The notes: generated from the sequence alone by a model not told the origin. DNA of 64,000 nucleotides from Eimeria praecox (GCA_963920595.1 OY986949.1:3100001-3164000); one strand, 5' to 3'. Numbered from the stretch's first letter, positions 37,901-51,571 are shown. Made by a program: numbers and translations.

Positions 37901-40240
37901 GTTAGGTTCAACCCTGTTCTTGTGGACTTTGTAAAAGGACTACAATCGCAATCCTTGCATGCCCCCACTGGTTTGAACGCATGCATGTATATGTCCAACA
38001 TCTATATAAGCAAAAACTCCTCCTCACCTCTGCCTGATCCAATAGAGAGGCCCTGGTCTGCAGCTCGCTAACGAGCTGCGCAACTTTACCCTCCAGATCC
38101 TTTACAACTGCTGGTGGAGCCCGCGAAGCCAAAGCATCTGCGTGGCGTTCCTATACACCGAAGGACCAAACCACCACAAATGCACGCGAGAGGACGAGTT
38201 GAAGGCAGCAGCGGCAAGCAACTGCCGCAAACACAAAGGAGATATTCAAAGCCACAGTACCTCCGGCTTATCTCCTTCTCTGTCTGTCCTGCTCGCTACC
38301 TCTCTACCTGCCTACCTCCCTGCTTGCTCGGATAATATGGGTGTACGTATATATACAATAAACATATGCATTATATATATACATATATACATAGATGTAT
38401 ATATATATACATACATATACATATGTGTGTGTGTGTGTGTGTGTGCGACTGCCGTGTAAACAGCAACATTTCCTGTCTACCGCAGAGGGCCGTACCTGGG
38501 CTTCTCGCAGCATTTGCTTTGCCTCCGCAACTTGCGCTTTAAGGCGTTCGTTGTTTGCCTGCAAGTACTCGTTGTCTGCCGCCGTCAAATAGAGAGCTGC
38601 TGTCGAAGCGTTGAGGTCTCCCTCCGTCGTGGCCAGAGCCTCTGCGGTGCGTTGCAGAGCCGCCGTCTTCTCTACCAACTGCTCCTGAGCAGCAGCGAGC
38701 TCACGCGAATTTTCCTGAGGCAATGCAACCGCAGTAGCAATACCAGCAGCAATACAGCTACAGCAGCACCAGAACTCATGCGCCTGCACTTCTGGCGTAG
38801 CTGCTAGCCACTGCACCCCCATCCTCCACTACAGTTTAATATGAAAGCTGCCTGGCTGCTCATAATGTGGCCTCTCCAAAACACCGGCAGCAACGCTGCA
38901 CCACCAGCCATCCCCTTCCTTCTCTATACCTGCAGCTTTTGGTCAGCTGTTGCTTCTTTGTTCTCCATTTCTTTGCGGATTTTTTCGAGTTCAGTTTTAA
39001 GCGATTCGTTGGACTCCCGTAAAGTTTCGAGCTCCGCCAGGCTGGTTCCCAGTTTTTCCTGTACCTCCACCAGCCTGCCCCACACAAATCCACGCCCAAA
39101 CCATGCATGCAGAGTAGGCTAGACAGTAGCAGCGGCTGCATCGTGTAGGATAACACCAGCAGCAGCTGCTGCTGGCTTGAGCCACTGAAGAAGCTGCAGT
39201 GGCTCCCCAGTGAGAGCCACAGAGAAGTCCGTATTGAACGGTAGGCTCGAGCAGAAATGGCAGCGCATTCAGGAAAACATGTCCAGAGGTGACAGTCGGT
39301 GAGGCGGCAGAGGCATACCTGCGCGATACGCTAGGTTGTTTTGTGAGCTGCAGCTCTGTAGCCAGGGAAAGGCCAGGCTCTGGAGAGGGAAACTGCGGAG
39401 TAACGAGCAGATGCTTAACGGAGGTCCTGCGGGGGCTTGACGCCGCGCTTAAGAGGTGGCCAAAGGAGCCGCGAGGTGTGGCTTGCCTACTGGCGGTCTC
39501 TGCTCCACGCAGCGAATCCAGAGCTGCTGGAAATGGCGCTGTGAGGGTGGCATTCAGAGACTCGAGCTGCCGCTCCCTTTTGCTCAGTTCTCGCTTCAAT
39601 ACCTTTATCTCGTCCTCCTTTTCCTTCAATGCCGCCAAATCCTGCGTCCAGTCCGGCAGCTTCTGCGAGTCCTGCTCGCTCACCTGCAGCGTCAGCTTCT
39701 TTATCGACTCTTGCAATGAGGCACATTCTCGACTGAGAGCATCCTTCTCCTCCTCCAGGTTTACTAGGTTCTTCTGACTGTCCTGAAACCGAGCGTATAC
39801 ACAACCAGGCGTAAATGAGCAAGTTAAACATCACATGCATCTGTCGCTCATCAGATGGGAAGCGCGGCCGCACGCGAATGCCGCAACCAGTCGCAGTGCC
39901 CTAAACCCTCAAGGAAGGCAGACAAATGCTAGCCTTGTGCTTTTGCTTGTGCTATTGCGCCTACGGTGCTGCTACGGTCCCTGATGCTGCTATCCCTGCT
40001 ACTGCCGTCGCTGCTACTGCTGTTATTGCAAGCCTGTTCACCTGGTAGGCCTTGATGCGCGTCTCAAGGGTACTCAGTTGTTTGGTAAGCTCGCGACCCT
40101 CGGTTTCTAAATATGATATGCGGTCCGTCATCTCCTTCAGTTCTTGCACCTGAAAGTGCAGCCCTAAACCACTTTCCCTTTAAAAATAACCAGTTTTACT
40201 CAGTAGGCTCCCTTTCTACTGGCGCCAGGGTTGCATTTAT

Positions 40241-40314
<74 letters not shown>

Positions 40315-42405
40315 ACTGCCGAACTGGTGGATCGGCTAACCTGATCATCGTTCGTCTCCACCGCGTCTTGCAGTTTCTTCCTTAGAGAGATGACGTCCTG
40401 CTTTAGGTGAACATTCTGCACGTCACAATAGTACACATTTTCACGCCGCGTTGTAAGTGCGTATGTTGTAATCCACGTCAAAAAACTGTTCGTTACCACG
40501 CATTTCAAATGTACGTTCTGAAAGCCACAGCAATAGTTATCAGTATGCCTTGTTTCAAGTGTGCATGCTGCATGCGGCATGCACACCACAAGAACAGAAC
40601 TCTACCCCTGCAATGCAGGCGTGCATAATGCAGGCTGCAATAGCAAGTCACAAACGTCTGTCGTAGGGAATGAGAGGATGCACTGCCCGCCTCATACCGT
40701 TTCTGTGGGCATGAGTCTGAGCTGACCTGTTCTTTCAGCTTTCCAACTAATTCGTCAAAGTCGTTTTGCAGGCAATCGAGTATTTTGTCAAACAACTGGC
40801 CTAAGATCTGGGGACGCAGGTTGACATAGTCACTACTGGTCATATTGTCGAAAGTGTCGGAAGCCGCCATAGGCTGCCAACGTGAATCTGTAGGCAGCCA
40901 CAGCAGCCATAGATCTCACTGGCCACATGCATCTGCTGGTTGTGCATGCAGTCAGTGTCCGATAGCTCTTTTGTTTCACTAAAAGGCTACTGTGCGGCCT
41001 CTAGAAACGCCCACAAGGCACCTAAAGAGTGGGAGATTTTCACGTAGCACACAAAGAGCGCACCTTCCCAGTCAACGTCTGGGGGCCCAAAGCTTTTCTC
41101 AGGCATGTAGTCGAGGCAGTCGCTTTGCTGAAGGCAAAAGCAGGGCAGACGCCGTAGGATCAAGGCGCAGGCAACTGATGCTAAAAGCAAATGATCAAGC
41201 GTGCACACTCTCGTAATAGCGGCCCCCACACTGATGAGGTTGTATCAGAACACAGCAGCTCGAACCATACACCCACACACAGCGCAAAAACAGGAATCGG
41301 GTGTGCGCAGTAGGGGATATGCCTAATGTTTTGTGCTCAGCCCGCATTTCCGTTGCATAGAGGCACTATGCTCACCGCTCCACAGTCAGAAGCCTCTGAA
41401 CTGCGCTTGTTGCTGTCTTGCCTGCTGTCAAACATGCGCATCATCCCCCGGCTAACAATGCAGTCCTTCAGCTCCTCATCGAGGCCTGTGCACGCAGAGG
41501 CGACGCACGCAGTAGCAGAGCACCGCACAACAATAGAAAAAACACAACACCTGTGTACAGCAGGAAAGAACACGTTGCCGTCGAAAGGGATGCTGGCCTC
41601 TGAAGCGGAGGAAACTGACAAGGAAGCAATACGCCATCGCCGGCTAATTCGGCTTGGCCACATAAGCGGATACTTCGGGGAAACCTCCGGGAAAGGCAAT
41701 GCACTCTGCGCGCTTAGTGTCAGCGGATCAGGGTTCAAAGCTCGGGTCCTCTGGAACCCCTCATATGGAAAAGGCTGCAATGCCACGTACGTGATATAGA
41801 CACGGATTTGCTTGTGGGTTCTGACAAACTGGGGAAAGACTTTCGCAGTCTTGTCCGCCTCCTGAAGAGGAGCGTCTGCGCTCGATTGACTGTTTTGCGC
41901 CGTTCCTCGGCATGAGCCACGGCATCCATGGGCTGCTGGCCTGTAATTTCGGAATAAAACAGAGCAGCATACTACACAGGGAAGAGCATAGCCAGATTAT
42001 CCGCCCAGCCAGACGAATACAAACACGTGCTCCTTGGGAATCGCCTCCGGACAGTGCTCCCCGCGATACGCTTGAAGTCTGTAGCACGGCTGAACCAACA
42101 ACCATTATGCTGTCCCGTACGAAGAAGGGCCCTTGGAGGATACATACTGAGAATGGCAAAGGGGGGGAAGATAGGCAAGATGATGCAAGTGCTGGAGCGG
42201 GAGCGTGCCGCTTACCATCACTAGCATTGCCGAAGCCAAACAGACCTTCTGACTGTGTGGACCTCTTGGACAGAGCGCTGCCTGAGCCCAACACACGAGG
42301 GGTCTGATCCGGGTTGTCGAGCTGCACGGCCTGGGCAAGGTTCTTTTTGTGGCGATCGAGGAGATCTAAGATGGCCGTGAGCTTGGAGAAGTTTTCGGCG
42401 TCCAT
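34923..42405 (-). CDS. Large multi-exon coiled-coil protein of unknown function; exon boundaries only partly resolved
   Basis: Successive minus-strand E/Q/K/L heptad-rich segments bounded by GT/AG: MDAENFSKL (42405), FDELVGKLKEQ (~40.8k), QDVISLRKKLQD (40415-40341), QELKEMTDRISYLE (~40.1k), 39.7-39.3k, 38.7-38.5k, 37.7-37.5k, the 509-aa ORF 36825-35296, and a final exon ending at 34923. Confidence 0.75.
40245..40312. repeat. (TA)n microsatellite, intronic
   Basis: Directly visible. Confidence 0.95.
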
Positions 42406-44185
42406 TCTAGCCGATTTTAGCGCGTCTCTCCCGAAAAGGTCTTCGGAGGAAACTAAAGTAAAAGGAGTGAAAACGGAATGTGCAGAAGCTTGCTTTGAAG
42501 CATTCTAATGAGCTCCTGCACCGGCAAACGTCCTAGATGGAGTGGGAAATGCGTATGACTTGCGAAGACGAGCACACGCTCGCAACGCCGTTCAGCGCCT
42601 GATCCGGATCAATGCATTCATTGGCCGGTAAAGAAAACGAAAGCAGCCAAGCTGTTTTTTCTATAAATCGCCGAAGGCGAGACGCAGACACCGAGCAAAG
42701 CTATCGGCGTATGCGACAGGAATAGCGGCTCCCCTGCGCTGAGGGGAGGCCCTGATGAAAGTGAATATATCCTGATGAAGGTTAAATACAAATGGAAGAT
42801 CACTTGTGAAGGGGAATGCTGCACAAGCGCGCGTGAGCAGTTAAGCGTGCGGGTTCCTAGTGAGGCAGCCACTGCCTTCAGTCGACGATGAGCTGGAGCT
42901 TCCAGTGGGTGATTTGGGGAAGTAATGGGCGACTAAGGAGGAAATAGCAAAAACTGAATATTCCATCGGGTAAAGTGCACTGATAATGAAGCGGGCTTGA
43001 CAATTCCCGCCGACCAGTACTGTCAGCCGAATCGGCGGTCAAGATGGGGCACCTGCGGTGGGCGGTTTTCTTGCCTATAAAATACCACTTACTGCCTAGA
43101 GCTTTTTTGAAATGAAACCCTATTCAAATGGCAGTTCTTTGCATCATTTGTCCCCCAAACCAATGAGTCATGCACGGATACCCAGCGCGTGGTCCACGGA
43201 GCCAGCCTGCATGGTTCGGACGATTATGAAAAAAGACAATATAGGGGGGGTATCTGATGAGTCTCTTAGCTTCATTATCCTGCATACACCTGAAAATGAG
43301 GTTTCAAACCAGCAACTCAAAAGCTGTTGGCTCCACTTAACCTGCTCAACAAGAACTCGCTGAGGCAGGGCCGTACGGCCGACTCCTTGGGGCCCGCCAT
43401 TATCTGGTCAGTTCCCGTAGCTCCAGTGAGCAAATTTGCAACTTTCGAGCATTTCACAACGAAATGCCGTCTTCTGCTAATTCAAACAGAGTAACCTGGT
43501 GGCGGCGTTTCAACTCACAAACTTGCAGCAATCGGGAGGTTGAACGACACTGCAGCCACTGCCTTCCTTACATCATCGATTCAGGTTCCTGCGCAGAAAG
43601 TGCATTAGCACAATCTACTGGGAAGAAGTTAGATTAGCATAGCCTGTTATTTCCTCATATCATAAAATTATTATTCGAATTTGGCCTTGCCATTCGTGAG
43701 ACGGAGCCACATTCGTGCTCTCTGACCACCGTCGTGCCCAAGTTCCGAAACCACACTGAGTTGCTATATGAATTGATTTTACCACTCTGGGAGTGACGCT
43801 GATCAATTTATGCTTCGTATGAAGAGTTTCATCAACCGCATTGCAAGAAAGTGGGAATTGCCCGCTTCGGCCCCCCGCGGGGGTCACAACTCAGAGAAGT
43901 TACTGTAGGGAGTCTTAATACATAGCACAGAACTGTAGTGAGCCTCACTAGAGTCAAAATATTTTGGCTATGGCTTTGAAACAGTACCGGACCAACAATC
44001 CCTCCTCCATGAGCCCTGGGACCAGCTGCACAAAGGCTTGGGCTGGCGCGGAAAGGGGATAGTTTGGCATGAATTACAGCACGCCTAAGTGCAACTCAGG
44101 CTGCAAGGCAACCCTTCATACAGCCGTACTCAAACCCCTTTTGGATGCACGCATTAAGGCCACGCATTGAGGCCATATAGAGCTG

Positions 44186-45085
44186 TTACAGGTTCGCTTG
44201 GCCCTCAGTAACCAGTCTGCATGCGCGTAGAAATGAATGTACCAATTTCAAACAGAGCATGCCGCAGTCAATGCGGCAGCTGGTTTTGTGGAGAGGGCAA
44301 ATTAGTGTTTTGACCGGGCAGCTTCTAACCCTCTCTCCAATTCCATCTACTTCCGTAGCTTTTAGTGGCGGTTCGTGAGTGACGGGAAGGGGTTGAAGGT
44401 AACTATTGCTTCCTATCGAGCGTCCACCAAATTGTATCCTGCGGGTCAACCGAGCTCTCCATTTATTTAACAAGAGCTCTCAGTTGCACATGGATGCGTT
44501 AGCATTGCGCTGAACTGCAGTTCATTGACTGCACTGGACTGCTCGACAGCTGTCGCAACCCCCTGGCGGGAAGAAGGCCACCCGTTGTTCCGTAGATTGT
44601 CTTCATCGCTAGAAAGCTTACTGGAAAATGCGATTCCTCCCACTTCTGACCAGGATGCATGCAGCTCGGGTCCTGCACCATTTGTCGTCCGCCTTTCCTA
44701 CGTGTCGACCCTGCAATCCAAACTCCAGGCGCTGTGAACTGGCCAGAATATTTTGGTTTTCCCACTTTTTATTGGCTGTAGAAATCGCTCGACATGGTTA
44801 AGACTGTGAAGGGGAAAATGGCACGCATACAGAGCCTACTATGAACCGCTGTTCAATTGTGCTTAGTGGAGGCAAAGCCATATTTAGGTATTCTTGCGCC
44901 TGATATCTCCATAGAGGAGGTTCAGAGGCGAATGGTCTCTTGGAAAAACAAAAAGCCAAAATGAAATCCGTTGACTGCGAACAGTCGCAAGGTATATCGC
45001 CAAGAGCATTGTAGGGCCCTCGGAGCAGCGCATGTGCGCTGTTAGCTGATGAAAGAACGGCCTTTCGAGGTGTAAATAGACCCAA
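44186..45085 (-). mobile_element. Possible highly decayed Ty3/gypsy RNaseH-integrase remnant
   Basis: Broken frames in gypsy order: PPLWRYQAQEYL (like L-RRQARW-E-L), VWIAGSTRRK...VQDPSCMHPGQK (like Zn-domain HD---GHPG--K), YLQPLPVTHEPPLKATEVDGIG (like LQPLP-P--PW----DF). Similarity is weak. Confidence 0.35.
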
Positions 45086-45406
45086 ACGAGAAATTAACCT
45101 TTAATACACCTGACTGCCCCCTGCGCCTGTTGTATGCTTAACAAGGAAACGCAGTACGGTGGGGCGGCTACTATTCTTGCCGATGCTGTTCTTAACGCAG
45201 CAGCTGCCTCAACAGACGCAACTAAGTCAAAAGAAATCAATACAAAGCATAGACTATCACGACGCGTTGGCATGCGTAATAAGAGCATCTACTGATGGGG
45301 CTGGAGGACGGCCATTTCCTATGTAGGTGAGCTAGCGATCCTGAAAACTCAGTTAGCCAAGCTCGTCAAGCCAGCAGCCAGCCTAGCTAGTCACGACCCA
45401 GGTTAG

Positions 45407-47963
45407 CTAGCACAGCAGCGCTGACGGCTCCTGTCGATCTGCAGCTAGTGCTGCTTCCTCTGATTCCTTTAGCTTGGAGTCGACAAGCTTCCTCAGTGCC
45501 GAAGGGCTGAACAACAGAAAGCAGCAGCATCTCAGGGTCTCAATGTAAGCAATCAACGCATTGGGCCATCAAGAAACGGTAGCTTCCCGCCGACCCCTCG
45601 CTATATAAACGCTAAACACTGTCCCGCACGCCGCTGATTCTCGGGGGAAAGGGAATGTGAAATTTACTCGGTTGAGGGATCAAGGATAATGACGTTTGCG
45701 CGGAATTGAATGCTGAAGAAAACACATAGACACGCGGAGACTCTGTAAAGCCAAACTACATCAGAAGAAACGAACGACCGTGGCACCAAACAAATACAAG
45801 CTGGGGAGTAATGGTCTCACGAGGCGGGACAAAGACCTTCCAAATACAAAATGGCTTTCTCCACGGAGGCTAGAGGCAGCGGTGTCCGCAGTTTGGAGAC
45901 AAACAAATCTGTCAATACCCGCACGTCGATCCGCTGCAGCACACACCCCACCCCAAACGCTGCTAGGCCTGACCTGCCCACAGCTAGCTGCGGTCACAAG
46001 GCGAGCTAGTTGTAACATCGTAGCAACGTCGCTGCAGCCCTTTTGCCAGCTAGTTGTGGCCCCTCAGCTGCCCCGCTGCAGCTAGTATGCTAGCCAGCTG
46101 CTGTCCCGAAGCTGCCTTGCTGCAGCAAGGTGCCTGCACCTCGCTGTCTATTGAGGAGTAGGGGAATTCTAGACGCACAGTGCGGCGGTCGTGGTAGACG
46201 CATGCATCGAGGAGACATTGCAGCACAATTTGCGCCTCTTTTGTTTGTTGCAGTCTCCTGAGAAAATGAATGACGGGCAGATATTTCCAACGGATCAGCG
46301 CACCGTGCCGTGGAGACAAAGTTTAATTATTAGTAAATTTAATGTATTTAATTGTATTAGGAAGAGGAATGAGATTCGCTATGAGCAACAGCAGCAGCAG
46401 CAGCTACTACACAGCCCCAACAACCTACTCATAAATCTCTCTCCGTATTTTTTGCGCTGCTTCTCTCTGCAGTCGAGCGGCCATTCGTTCTTCCGTCTGC
46501 AGCAGGACACAAGACAACAACAGCAAACGTCCCTCAAATCTTTTTTGTGAATTGTGCTGTTTTGTGGTGTCGCTGCTGTGTGGATGCTGCAGCATTAATT
46601 ACAGTTGCCCATACCTTGCGGCGCAGCCGTTCCGAGAGAGGACTCCTGCAAAAAGGCAGACAGCCACATTGGTAAGAGACAAATCAAAATCTGGATCTGT
46701 ACGTTCAGCTCAGGCCAGCTTCCTTTCTTGTCTGCACAGGGTTGTGCCTCTGCTGCAGCCTAAACACCTCGCACTGGCTCCCCCTCTAAAAGCAGCAACA
46801 GACTGCAACTGTATGTGCCGTTTCTTGTGTTCTACGGGCGCCTGAAACATATCCTTATCCAGCTTGCGATCTAGCTGACTATCCACATGGCTGGCTAGCT
46901 GACTACCTCGTGGGGCTGGCGCTGTTCGACGTGGATCGCCGTTCTAGCGGAGGACTTGGGCTTCGGCTCCCCAGAGGCGAAGACAACAGAGAAAAACGCC
47001 TTGTAGGCTGCCGGGAGCGGCACAGAGGAGACATCAATAGCGCAGGTGATGGCGAGCGCCCCAAGGCAGGGTCTGCAGTGTGATCCGATGTGCACGTGCT
47101 GGCCGAAGAGACGCCGCCTACACAGCCCCCTGAAGCTGCAGGCGTTGAGCTGCCGCTGGTTCCCTTCGCCTCCAGCTGCTGCCCTTGCAGCTGCTGCTGT
47201 TTAAAACATCGAATAGGGCTTCCGCCAATATGGCCAATAAGCGAATCGCCTTTAAAAGCTGATAGTGGCTGCTGAGGCTGCAGCTCCACCTGCTGTTGCC
47301 GTTGCAGCTCGGGAGGAGCAGCAGACGGCGGAGATGGGACAGTATCTACCTTAAATCCAGGGACCCAGCTTCCGTGCTGCATCATCAGCTGTCTGCTGCG
47401 CCGCAGTAGAGGCACTTGGTGCTTCTGCTGCTGCTGCTGCTCCTGCAATTGCAGACAGAAATTCTGCCACTGCAGCGTATAGGAAATAAGACGCCGCCGT
47501 AGCTGTTGCTGCCGCTGCTCCCCGTCGCTCGCGCGACCCGCCAGCGGAATCCCATCCTTTAGCTCCACGATCTGAATATCATACTGCAGCTGTTGCTGCT
47601 GCTGCTGCCGCAGGGGGCTCCAGGCCGCGGATGGTGGTGCCGTGTTCTGCGCACTGCTGCACACTTTCCGGGCCTTCCACTGCAGCAGCTGCGGCAGCAG
47701 CCACACAAGTCGTCCCACATCCTTTATCAAATCATTTCTTATTTTGCTGCTGCCGCTGATGAGGCCACCTGAGTCGCCAGTGCTTCCATTGCCGCTGTTG
47801 TTGCTGCTGTTGTTGCTGCTGCTGTCGGTGACGATGGGAGGTTCTGCCACGTTGCGGGGGTGATGAGTATGCGCCAATTTTGTATAAGCCGGCAAAATAG
47901 AAGAGAAGAGCAGAAGAGGCTCCCCGCGGTCGTGCAGACGGTCGAAAAGGATCCGCAGCCTGT

Positions 47964-47995
<32 letters not shown>

Positions 47996-49356
47996 CAACA
48001 GCAGCATCAGATGACGCATGAACGCCACGCAACAGCCAACGCGGGCTCAAGTCCTGACCAGCACGAGGACAAAGGGCAGCAAGCCACGACAGAAGCTGTC
48101 ACAAGCGGCCATACAAGCCACATACAACCCCAATACACCCTATCGAGTAGTGGAATCAGCAGCAACAAAGGTAGCAGCAGCAGCAGCAGCAGCAGCAAAG
48201 GGAGCTTACAGTCCGTAGAGACGGCAAAGGCGTTCGAGCTGCCTGTTCAATCGTACTGCAGCAGCAGGGGCTTCTTCTGCTGCACATGTGTCAAGGGAGC
48301 TGCAGCAAAAGCTCTCACTGCGTTGTTGCTGCTCCGAAAACAACTGCTGCATCGACGCAATTTCCTGTGGTGTTAGGCTCAACTCACAGCCTGCTGCAGC
48401 TTGTTGCTGCTGCAGTTGCTGCTCTAGATGGTCTTGCTGCTCCTGCTGCACAGCCTGTGGCGGCCCATCACTCCGCTGAGCATCAAAGGAAAATTGAGGC
48501 TTCTTTCTTGGAGGGGTAAGCCGAAACGGAGATACTGCTTCATCTTCAAATGCTACTCCTCCTCTGTTGCTGCTGCTGTTGCTGTGATAGGGGGAAGCTC
48601 GCCTCCTGCTGCTGACGGGAGAGACCTTCTGGTCCATGAATTCTTCAGCAGTCTTTGCAATCTCTCCTCTAACACCAGCAGCAGGAGCCCGTCGAGTTGG
48701 TGAGGGGGTGGCAGCTGCTGCGGCCACTGCCTCGTTCGCTGCAGCAGTTGCAGCAGCAGTACCAGGGGGAGCCCTGCGACGCCGGCTTGTACTGAAGGGA
48801 GATGTAGGATCGTCAAGGAATGAGGGCCGCTGCTGTGGCCGTCTACTTGCTGCAGATTCAGCCCCCTGGGGGCTGCCAGGAGCAGCAGCAGCAGCAGCTG
48901 CTGCTGCTGCTGCTGTGGTAAGGAAAGACCGAGCATCGAGAGACAAAGAAGGGATGGATCCACCTCTAGTTTGAGGCTTTCCTTGATTGGTTTGCGCCTC
49001 AGATTGCTGAGAGCACTGTACCTGAGATCCTGCTGAGGGGAAAGAAGATCCTACAGAATCAGCAGCCCCAGGGACGCAGCCGGAGGCAGCAGACGGAAAG
49101 AGTGGGAGCTCCGGTGCTGCACGTGGGGCTCCGCTACTAGTGATAGGGAAGTGTAAGCGCACAGGAGATTGCAGCATTTTGCTGTTCGAGGTGATATCGA
49201 CATCGGCTGCTGCCGTTGCCGATGCTGCAACAGAAGCAGCACGAACAGAGTCCGAGGGAGTAGTCCTGCTATCATCATCCACGGAGGTCTGCAACCGCCG
49301 CTTTAGAGGTGATGACAGGGGGCTTCTTACACGAAGTTGATTGGCGCGAGAGTGTG

Positions 49357-49387
<31 letters not shown>

Positions 49388-49558
49388 GGGTTTAGAAGGC
49401 CAAAGAAGGTCCCCTGGGAGGCTCTCTAAGCGGCGCGCCTTTATCTTCGGCGGGGAGGAGCAGGAGCCCCCCAAATCTTCAGCAGCAGATCCGCCATGTA
49501 TAGAAGGTAGTCGGCGCTTAGCTGTTTCCCTCCAGGCAGGTTCCAGCGGCAGCGCCAT
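45407..49558 (-). CDS. CDT1: DNA replication licensing factor Cdt1-like protein. Exons 49558-48210, 47959-46907, 46645-46615, 46496-46429, 46257-46140, 45933-45837; last exons in ~45760-45407 uncertain
   Basis: The spliced product has the Cdt1 middle domain (LERLCRLYGLLRILFDRLHDRGEP...VGRLVWLLP...YDIQIVEL...EQRQQQLRRRL...SWVPGFKVDTVP, cf. WHP-F--D-VP), then SERLRRKTEE (cf. LLERIRAKE) and a C-terminal winged-helix-like part (LPLASVEKAILYLE). The N-terminus is rich in SP/TP sites. Confidence 0.8.
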
Positions 49559-50599
49559 GGCTGCTGCTGCTGCCGGTGCTGCTGCTGCTGCCGGTGCTGC
49601 TGCTGCTGCCGCCGCTGCTGCTGTTGCCGCTGCTGTTGCTGCAGTTATGCCTTGAGGAGCTTTTCAAAGACTGTACAGCTTCTAGAAAGAGCAGGGAGGG
49701 GACTAATTAAGGGGAAGTCTACCAGCTAGGACAAAATTACAACGAGTCAAGGGGGGTGGGTGGGAGGTGTTGATTCTGCCGCATGGCGGTCGGCTTTCCT
49801 GTTCGGGCTCAAGTGTATAATATCCCACTAGAAAGAAGAACGCTGCGGTTTAAATGAAAAAATAAACAAACCAAAGCGACGGACAAATGCAATAGTTAAA
49901 CATGAAGACTCCTGAGAGCCCGACACAACCCCAGCCCACCGCCGCCCCCCAGCGGCGCTGCATGCGGTGAGACCAATGTTTGCTGGCAGCGTTTAACAAC
50001 GAAGTAGAACCCAAAAGAAAGATAAAGGGGGAGGATTAAGGGGAGGATTAACATGATAGAGACTTTCCGAACAGTCTCTAGACGCCTGACTTTACCCTGC
50101 ACTACTGACCTTCCACTCGGGGTAGAACCGCTACTCAGACATGTCTGCCTGCTGCGAATACAGACACAAACACAAACACGGAGATGTATACAAATTCAAA
50201 TGCAAGTACAGTCTTATGAACACTACAGAACAGCAAACGCTGACACCCACATGATGTCACACTAAGGACCCCCTACCGAATGTAACAACCAGACCAGCAG
50301 TTCAGCAGCATCGGCTTCTGCTCGTGCTTGAATGACACCTTGTGGAACTGTTCGGGGTACGCAGCGCTCTATCCAGATTTTATTTTGTGACGGTTGGGGA
50401 TTCCTGGCACGAAACTCTGGAGGGGGCAGTCAGACAATGTCCTCTTCCTGCTAGCGAGGAAGGTCAACGAGGCTTGACGGGATAAGCACGCTGGTGGTGT
50501 GTATGCGTTCTGTATACAGTATTCTTGCACAGCAGTGCGCTTCGACATCCGTATGTATGCACACGTCTATGTAGAGGGTGTCTTGCCCTCGTAGCTTAG

Positions 50600-51571
50600 G
50601 CCAGCGATGAATGGAAGTGGAGTCATAGCGCGTACAGTAATAGTTACCCAAAGCAACTGGGCTCCGAGCCTGTCTCCAGAGGTCGTTGAGACAAGTATAC
50701 ACACTACTTAAAAACATACGGCTTGGTATTCTGGCAGGAGGTAACGCTGAGCTCATAAACCTGGTCCGCATCAGTATCTGCGGTCCATTACCCAACAAAA
50801 TTAGCCTAACTGGATTTATATCCTGGCATATGAGGCAATGATATATAATATAACGATGCAATAATCTTCGGCTAGCTGTCCTCCGGCTTAGCTGGTCAGC
50901 TCGGAAACACTTGTTGCCAGCCAAACCCGCACGCCCCCCAGCTGTCCAATTCCACAAAACGTTGAAGCAGAAGGGCGTCATTTCCAAATATCAAGTTCAC
51001 AATTAAAGCTTCTTTGGTCTTTGTTGCTTCGTTGTTCTGCCGCAGGCAATTCGGAGGCCCCATTGCAGTATCACGGTGTGTACGCCGGCAAGGTATCGCG
51101 TTTGCCCACGGGAAATCAATGGCAGAGGAGAACGTTATATACATGCGGGCGCCTCAACCAAAAACGCACACGTGGTGCCTACGTGGGGTGCACGAACAAA
51201 GCTTTTAATTTGAGAAACGGTAGGGGGGATCTCGACCAATTAGTTGGGACAAGAGTCTGCACCAACGTGTCGATCGAGTATCCTTGTGGTTTATCATATT
51301 TCCACTCGATTTCCTTTGCACGAGGGAGGCATCACCTGAACCACATCGGACACTCTGCAGCTTTATCGGGGGGGCGTTTTATGAGGCGCCCTAGCCATCC
51401 AACGGATGGTCGGCCTGGTGGAAGCTCCTTTTTACAAATTACACCTGGGGACTCTTCCTTCAGCCTCATGCACGCCTGCTGTTCTTCGGGTGTTAACTTC
51501 ATCGAATTCTCCCGAAGCGCCGACAGAGCTCTTGCATTTCTCCGTCGTGATCGAACGTGCCTTTGTACCAC
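50600..51571 (-). mobile_element. Possible decayed Ty3/gypsy reverse-transcriptase remnant
   Basis: Frameshifted fragments in RT order: LTPEEQQACMRLKEESPGVICKKELPPGRP, LRQNNEATK (cf. YR-LN--T), FVELD...GWQQV (cf. FSKLD--GY-Q), LLGNGPQILMR (cf. FGL-NAP-TFQR), SVYTCLNDL (cf. VYLDD). Confidence 0.4.
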
